Positions 57,745 to 64,000 of a stretch of 64,000 bases of DNA are shown here, one piece after another. The stretch comes from an uncultured Armatimonadia bacterium. Lineage in GTDB: Bacteria; Armatimonadota; Zipacnadia; CAVVLO01. Position 1 is the stretch's first letter. The number at the start of each line of letters is the position of its first letter. The notes beneath the pieces were generated by a model. The model worked only from the letters and a program-made list of their open reading frames with translations, did not search any database and was not told the DNA's origin. Location: assembly GCA_963749155.1 (NCBI GenBank), contig CAVVLO010000002.1:416001-480000 (forward strand), read 5' to 3'. The position numbers were made by a program, and so were the translations under genes.

Positions 57745-58691
57745 CTGGTCATCGCACCGACTGGTTCTACGCCGCCCGCTGGGGCCTTGCTACCCATTAC
57801 CTTGGCGCGCCAGATCAATCTGCCGAGTCCTGGCAGGCGCAGGTGGACGCCTTCGACGTGGTGGGCCTTGCCGCCCAGGTCGCCTCGACTGGCGCGGGTT
57901 ATCTGCTGTTCACACTGGGGCAAAATTCCGGCCATTACTGCTCGCCTAACACGAAGTATGACGAGTTCACGGGTATTGCTCCGAGCAAGCTCTCGCGCCG
58001 CGACCTCCTCCTGGAACTTGCCGATGCGCTGGCGCCGCATGGAGTGGCGCTGATGGCCTATCTGCCAAGCGGGGGCCCGGCTTTTGACCTCGTTGCTGAC
58101 GAGAAGCTGGGGTGGGACTGGGGCTATGAGGGCGGATATGGCAGTGGAGGCCAGCTCACTCATAAGCGCCTTGCGGACTTCCAGCGCAAGTGGGAAGCCG
58201 TAATCCGCGAATGGTCCGAGCGCTGGGGCAGCAAGGTGCGCGGCTGGTGGTTCGATGGGTGCTATTTCGCCGACGATATGTACCAGTTTGAAGATGAACC
58301 GAACTTCGCAAGCTTTGCCGCGGCAGCAAGAAGTGGTAATCCTGACGCCATCGTGGCCTTCAATCCCGGCATCGAGGTGACGGCTTTCACCCCGGAGGAA
58401 GACTATACGGCCGGCGAGACCGCCGATCCGGGCCTGATTCAACCTGCCGGTCGCTTCCTTGAGGGAGAGCAGCTTCAAGTCTGGAGCTACCTCGGCCAGT
58501 CCTGGTGCCAGCCTCCGCTGCGCTTCAGTGATGAAGAAGCCATCGCCCACACCCAGCGGTTGCTTGCGGGCGGGGCCGTCGTGACGTGGGATGTGCCTAT
58601 CAAGCCTTCGGGCCTGCTGGATGAAGCCGCCCTCGCGCAACTTCAGAGCGCTTGGCAAGGCACTTGGGCCGGGGCCAAGAGACTTAACTAA
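57741..58691 (+). CDS. GH29 alpha-L-fucosidase-like hydrolase
   Basis: DWFYAARWG, RRDLL, GWWFDG, AFNPG and DYTAGE motifs; ATG overlaps the GH38 stop; 3' end possibly frameshifted near 58644. Confidence 0.7.
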   Translation: MTGHRTDWFYAARWGLATHYLGAPDQSAESWQAQVDAFDVVGLAAQVASTGAGYLLFTLGQNSGHYCSPNTKYDEFTGIAPSKLSRRDLLLELADALAPHGVALMAYLPSGGPAFDLVADEKLGWDWGYEGGYGSGGQLTHKRLADFQRKWEAVIREWSERWGSKVRGWWFDGCYFADDMYQFEDEPNFASFAAAARSGNPDAIVAFNPGIEVTAFTPEEDYTAGETADPGLIQPAGRFLEGEQLQVWSYLGQSWCQPPLRFSDEEAIAHTQRLLAGGAVVTWDVPIKPSGLLDEAALAQLQSAWQGTWAGAKRLN

Positions 58692-59890
58692 GGCGCTAGC
58701 GCCTCGCCACTGAGACTCCTGACGAAGCCCGCGGCTGCCTGGCAGTATTCGGCGGTCGTGGGCTGGCGTCCACTAGCGGCTTCAAATTCTTCCCGATATC
58801 GCTTGGCAAACCGGTATATGCGCTGGTGTGTCCTGTAGACTGGCTGCTTGACCCCTTTGTCATCTATCAGCCAGAAACCGCGCTGCTTGCCGTCGGGGGC
58901 TACTTCGTTGTTGAAAAGCTCCCAGTACAGGATGAAGGGACAGCCCCACTCGAGCCCTGCCTGCATCAGGCGCCTGGCCTCCCTGTCCTGCTGCTCGGGG
59001 GTATGCGACTGCGCCGGGAAGCCATACTCGCCGATGAAGACGCGCTTGCCCTCGATACCTGGCTTCGGCTTCAGCCGCGCCTCGATATAGTCGAGAGCCC
59101 GCTTCAGCAGCGTCGAATCGCCTTGGGTGTCATAGCTGGAATAGGAGACAAAATCCGGATTGGTCTTCGGCAGCACGTCGCGCGCCAGGCACTGCTTGTC
59201 CTCCAGGCCGTTCTTCACCAGGTTGACTTCAGCGTAGCACCAGACCTCGACCTCGTGGTGCTTCACGGCGGCCTTGGCATCATCTACCGCCTGCTGGCGC
59301 AGGTTGGTCCAGTCCACCATCCACTGCAGCCGCTCCTCGGAGATCTCACTGCTTGGGTCGTAGGTGGGGCGCAGGTGCCAGTCGCCCTCCCAGTGGCCAA
59401 GGAAGAAGGTCTTCCCCGTCCCACTGTAAGTCTTCAGCAAGTACTCGACCAGGTCTCTGGTCTCGGTATACTCCTTCTGCCAGTCGTCCTCAGCGACAGG
59501 CTTGCCCATCGGCGAGAGGTTGAAAGGGTAGACCCAGATTATGTAATAAGCGAAGGGCAGCTCCAGCACGGCCCGGTGCGTCGGCTCGAACTGCACCAGG
59601 TCCCGCAGACTGTGCACGCGCGGGTCACCCTCGCGGACGTTCTGTCCCTTGTCGCCGAAGTAGTGGTCATCCAGCTTGAATTTGATGACGTTGGAACCCA
59701 TCGCCAGGATGGCCTTGGCCGTCTCCAGCAGTGGCGGGTCCTCAGTAAACTGGTACGAGGGACTGAAGGTCTGTGTGCCCACCACAGAGTTAAAAGTATC
59801 CAAAACAGGCTCCGGCAAACTTTCGGTCAGTCCTGGCTTTGCCAAGGTCAACGCTAGCACTGCCACCAACATAAGAAGTACTTCTCGCAT
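58688..59890 (-). CDS. Secreted hypothetical TIM-barrel protein (GH-A-like)
   Basis: Signal peptide; HWEGDW, VSYSSYD, FIGEYG and LYWELFNNE motifs. Confidence 0.6.
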   Translation of the reverse strand: MREVLLMLVAVLALTLAKPGLTESLPEPVLDTFNSVVGTQTFSPSYQFTEDPPLLETAKAILAMGSNVIKFKLDDHYFGDKGQNVREGDPRVHSLRDLVQFEPTHRAVLELPFAYYIIWVYPFNLSPMGKPVAEDDWQKEYTETRDLVEYLLKTYSGTGKTFFLGHWEGDWHLRPTYDPSSEISEERLQWMVDWTNLRQQAVDDAKAAVKHHEVEVWCYAEVNLVKNGLEDKQCLARDVLPKTNPDFVSYSSYDTQGDSTLLKRALDYIEARLKPKPGIEGKRVFIGEYGFPAQSHTPEQQDREARRLMQAGLEWGCPFILYWELFNNEVAPDGKQRGFWLIDDKGVKQPVYRTHQRIYRFAKRYREEFEAASGRQPTTAEYCQAAAGFVRSLSGEALAP

Positions 59891-59898
59891 AAGGCCCC

Positions 59899-61300
59899 CT
59901 AATCAATCTTGACGCGCCCAAGCGGGTAGCGCAGCCCCTTGCCGCCCGCAAGCGGCAGCGCGAGCCTTGGCGTGCCGTCCGGCAGTCCTACCGAGACGCA
60001 CAGCGTATACTCGCCGGGGGTCAGTTCGGGCAGCAGGGGGAAGGTACGTTCGCGCTCCACCACCGGCGCCTCGCCCTTCGGCCGAACTTCGAGGCCCCGC
60101 ATGTTCAAAGCCCTCATCTGCCAGCACCGCGCGCACCCGGCCTTCCTCGTCCAGCAGTGTCCAGCAGGGCGTGCCGCCTGGCAAGCACGGTGCTACTCCG
60201 CCGTTACGCCACTTCGCCCTGAGGGCAAGACCCCCCTCGCGGCTTGCGGTCTCCGGCCACGACGCCTCTACCAGTTGAAGCCGATAGCCGACGCGCTGGT
60301 TCATCCGGCGGATGAGGTCGCCATTCTCCGCGAGGAAATCGTGCGGGTTGGCGTGGATGGACAGGAAGCTTGCGTGATAGTCTTCCATCGCCTGCTCGTA
60401 CCGGCTGCCATCGCCCCAGGCGCCGACCTGCTTGGCATAATCGTAATGGCCCATCTCGATCGCCACCAGCCGGTCGCGCCAGAACAGGTCGGCCAGGTCA
60501 GCCGAATAGGCCTGCTTTGGGTCAGGATAGACGCAGATGGAATCATCCCTGAAGCCAAGCCCCAACTCACGCGACAGGCGCATTGCCAGGTCGTCAGGCT
60601 GCCCCTCTTCCCGGAACCAGTAGGCCCAGTCGTCCCCTGCCAGCAGCGGCGCGCGCTTGAAAGCCGCCTGGTGCAGTTCGATGTGTCGCCTCAGTGTTGC
60701 CAGCGTGTAGCGTTTGGCGACGGGATGGCCCTCTCCCCAGATGCCCAGAGTGCCGACATCGACGAAAGCGAGGTCAGGATTTGCCCCATACCGAGTTCCC
60801 GCAGCGTCGAGGAAAGCCGCGAGCTTCATAAGGAAGAGCGGATCGTCGTAGTCAGGCTCCCAACAGGGCGTGTCGTTCTCGTAAGGATCGACCATATAGC
60901 CCTTCGCCCCAGCCTCGCGCACCCAGTCGGGCGTCCCCTCGCCAGGCAATCCCTCGAAGACTGTCAGCCGCAGGGCGAACTGCTTGCCCGCAGCCGCATA
61001 ACGCTGGATGACCGTATCGAGGATGCTCCAGTTGAATTGCCCTTCTGCCGGCTCGAGATGACTCCAGGCCAGGCGCAAGTAGACGCAAGAGAGGCCCGGG
61101 AACTCGCTGCCATCATAATCCGGGCCAAGCGGTGGGCCATAGCCGCCAATAGAGTTGTCATAATGGTGGAAGCACCAGCCCATCCCCGGATTCACCAGCG
61201 CTTCACCTGTATCTTCCGGCTGCACGGTCACCCAGCCTTCCGGCTCTGCCACCGCCAGCCAGCAAAGCAGCGCAACCAATCCAAGCACCAGCCCCAACAC
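59899..61300 (-). CDS. DUF4832-domain, beta-galactosidase-like secreted protein (frameshift near 60108)
   Basis: NPGMGW, WSHLEPAEGQFNW, GIWGEGH, GYRLQL and NGGVAP motifs; C-terminus GEYTLCV...YPLGRVKID in ORF 59899..60117. Confidence 0.78.
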
Positions 61301-61302
61301 TC

Positions 61303-64000
61303 TTACTCCTCCCAAGCCTCGGCCGCCTTGAGGAAGGCCTCGGACAGCTTGTTCTCGACAGGCCAGGTGGCCCGCCAGGGATGCTGGTAAAGGCCCATCT
61401 CCTCGAAGGGTATTGGGGTGAGCCCCAGCCGGAAGTAAGCCTTCGCGTCCGGCTTCAGCGTCAGGTCACCGCCAGCCAGGTCCACGAAGCCCGGATCTTC
61501 TCCCGTCATATAGTTGTCGGCCAGCACGTTCACGCCGCGGTCGCGCTCGGTCAGCCGCCCGCAGTTCACGACCAGGTTGCGCCAGATGTTATTGCTGTCG
61601 GGATTCTCTTCAAGGTCGGCCAAAGCTGGGTACCTGGTGCTGTATGGCGGCCTGGTGATATCTACCTCTTCGTGAGTCTTGATGCGGATTTCCTCGCTCC
61701 TCATCCGGTCGGTCCAGGTGCCTTCCCCCCAGGGCGAGAAACTGACAGCATACTGACAGTCCAGGAAGAGGTTGTTATCCACAACATTCTCCTTGCCACC
61801 GTGGATCTGCACGGCCCCAAAGGCCCCCTGCGCGCAGTTCTTGAACACATTGCCGTATATCTCGACGCCGCAAATAGCATCGTCCAGTCGGATGCCTGCC
61901 TGCCCTGTGCCCAGCGCGCTGCCGATATCATGCCAATAGTTATAATTGATCTTCACGCCGCGATAGGTTGGGTTCCACCACATATCTAGCCCAGCCTGAT
62001 CGTCAGCCTCGTAGACCATACTGTGGATCTCGTTGAAGACTATCTCGTGATCATTGCCTTCGATGCGCATCGCATGATGCGGCGAATCGTAGAACAGGTT
62101 ATGGGCTATCCGATTGCCGCAGCCATCCATCCAGACAGCAGGTTTATAGGTGCGGTAGATACGCGAGAAGTCGCGCACGATGCAATCCTCGATGAAGTTG
62201 CGACCGGGCTCCAGAGTCTTCCTGTCGCCCCCTGTTATGCGCGTGCCGCCCTTGCCCAGCGTGGCCATATCGCAGCCGAAGAGTCCTGTGTTGTGGCCTT
62301 CGGTAATTACCACGCCGTCCTCACCAAGGCGTTGTATGGTACAACCAGCCACCAGACAGCTCTCACAATTGGTCAGCTCCAGCCCATTGGTCCGCCCGCC
62401 CTCGAAGGTCAGTCCCTGCAGCACGAGATGGGCTACGTCGGCCGCCTGTATGAAAGGCTGAGCAAGCGCCGCCAGTTCAACGGTAGCGCCTTTCAGAGAG
62501 TCCGGCGGCCAGAAATACAGCAGGCCGCTGTCCCGGTCCAGATACCATTCACCCGGCTCATCAAGTTCGGCCAGGGCGTTCACCACGCGGTAACGCTGAT
62601 TGCTGCGAAAGCCGTACCCGTGATAAGGGGGCGTTGTTGTCAGCACACGATTTTCCAAATCCACTGAGGCGACGCGCTCGTAGCCGTCCGCCCAGTCCCA
62701 GAACCAGTAGCCATACAGCCACAGGTCTCTCTCGTCCTTCCAGCGGTCTGCCCTGTCGTAGTCGAAGGTGAAGCGCCCATCATAGTTGCCTGGGACTACA
62801 CCCCAAACCGCGAAAGGCTGCTCGCCCTTCAGTTCGCCAGTCCGAAGCCAGCCCTCATTTGGCCAGCGCGCCAGGGTCATAGGCTTGCCGTTGAAGTACA
62901 GCTCGGGCCTGGAGCCGCTAGAAAGCACCTCGGGTTTCGTGCTCCATATAAAAGCCTGCCCCAGGTCGCTAACTCCCTGGGCGACGACATCCGTCTGCAT
63001 CACATGGGCGCGCGCCACCTCAGGCAATCGTGCCAGGATGGCTTCGTCAGTGACCGGGGAGAAGCCCGTTAGCCGCTTCGTGCCGCTGAATACCACTCTG
63101 CCAGTTTTGGCCGCTCGGTAGACGATAGGGGCCTCTGGCGCGCCCGGAGTCCTCACCGGTCAGTTCCAGCGACTCGCCAACCTCATATCGTCCCTCAGCG
63201 ATCAGGACCTCGATACCGCCAGCGGGCAGGCCAGAGGAAGCCTTCAGCGCCCTGATGGCATCGCGCGCCTGAGTCAGCGTTGCAAAAGGCTTGCCCTTGC
63301 TGCCATCGCCCTTTGCGCTGCCCTTAGGATTGACGTGCAACGTAAGACTCGGCTGGGGAAGCTCTGGCAGCGTCATCCGGTACCAGTTGAGATCGCGGGC
63401 AGGCATACCAAGGCCAAGCCTGGCGACTTCCTTCAGCTTCTCGCGGGCCTCTTCCTGATGCGCCTGAGGCGCGTCGGCCATCAGTAATACGCCCTTATAA
63501 GCCTCTCGCGCCTGTGGCCAGTCTTGCTCTGCCAGCCAGGTGCCGGCGAGACGTAACTGGGCGAGGCTCCGGTAGAGGGACGGCGTATCGGGCGCCGCGA
63601 TTAGTGCTTCCAGACCAGTCCTGGCTGCTTCATAATTGCCAGCCTCGCGGAAGGTATCGACAATTAGCAGCTTCAGTTCGAGCCCCTGCTGCGCCGTCGT
63701 CGCCTCGTCGGCAAGCAACTCCTCATAGAGAGTCTGCGCGGCCCCAAATTGCTTCGCATCGCGACTAGAAAGCGCAACTTCAAGCTTCAGAGAGCGTCTT
63801 TCTGCGGGATTCAAGCCTTCCATCTCCATTAGCTCCTCCAGTATCGCAGGGGGCAGCAGGTTGCCCTGACCGCTTTCTACAGCCTGCAAAGCAAGCGCGA
63901 GGCAACCACTGTGAGAGTCACTAGAGAGCGATTCATCAGCCAGCAGGTCGTTCAGCCTCATAAAGGCCTCCTGCGCTTTTCCAGCGCGCAGCCAAACCCA
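61303..64000 (-). CDS. TPR-like region + right-handed beta-helix protein (GH141-like; frameshift near 63144; start outside window)
   Basis: HVNPKG...GDGSKGKPFATL, LARWPN, ELDEPGEWYLD and PbH1-type repeats; frame stays open to 64000. Confidence 0.78.

Noticed and set aside
4858..63156. Programmed ribosomal frameshifting or phase variation at the split genes
   Set aside because: No slippery heptamers or long repeats; the sites are 2-3 nt runs in unrelated genes, consistent with sequencing error.
1..64000. CRISPR arrays, tRNA/rRNA, IS or prophage genes, Sec/Pyl read-through
   Set aside because: No periodic repeats, cloverleafs, transposase or integrase ORFs, or in-frame stop-split genes seen by eye; tRNAscan and cmscan were not run.

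Overview
GC-rich (roughly 60-65% by eye), gene-dense bacterial window from a flagellated glycan degrader; the gene content resembles Armatimonadota-like MAGs (inference only). The left end has flgG (partial), flgF and flgM with two clear sigma-28 promoters and a structured flgF-flgG spacer. A long minus-strand run (4.0-31.2 kb) mixes housekeeping genes (PHP, CCA/HD nucleotidyltransferase, DprA, ACT + DUF711, KimA-like permease, xth, gpmA) with sugar enzymes. From about 29 kb on there is a dense block of mostly secreted, poorly classified glycoside hydrolases (GH99-like, GHL15, GH50, DUF4091, clan GH-A, BNR sialidase-like, GH38, GH29-like, DUF4832, beta-helix), Gfo/Idh/MocA oxidoreductases and UroD/MtaA-fold proteins, with no sugar transporter or regulator gene. 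Best leads: a recurring GCAGG(N)-N15/16-CGAA promoter motif (sigma-H/ECF-like) ahead of the glycan operons; four UroD-fold paralogues with different metal-ligand motifs; an orphan 760-aa lipoprotein; and a candidate three-way-junction RNA. At least 7-8 genes carry single +1 insertions, mostly in short homopolymers, best explained as long-read errors. I saw no rRNA, tRNA, CRISPR array or mobile element.
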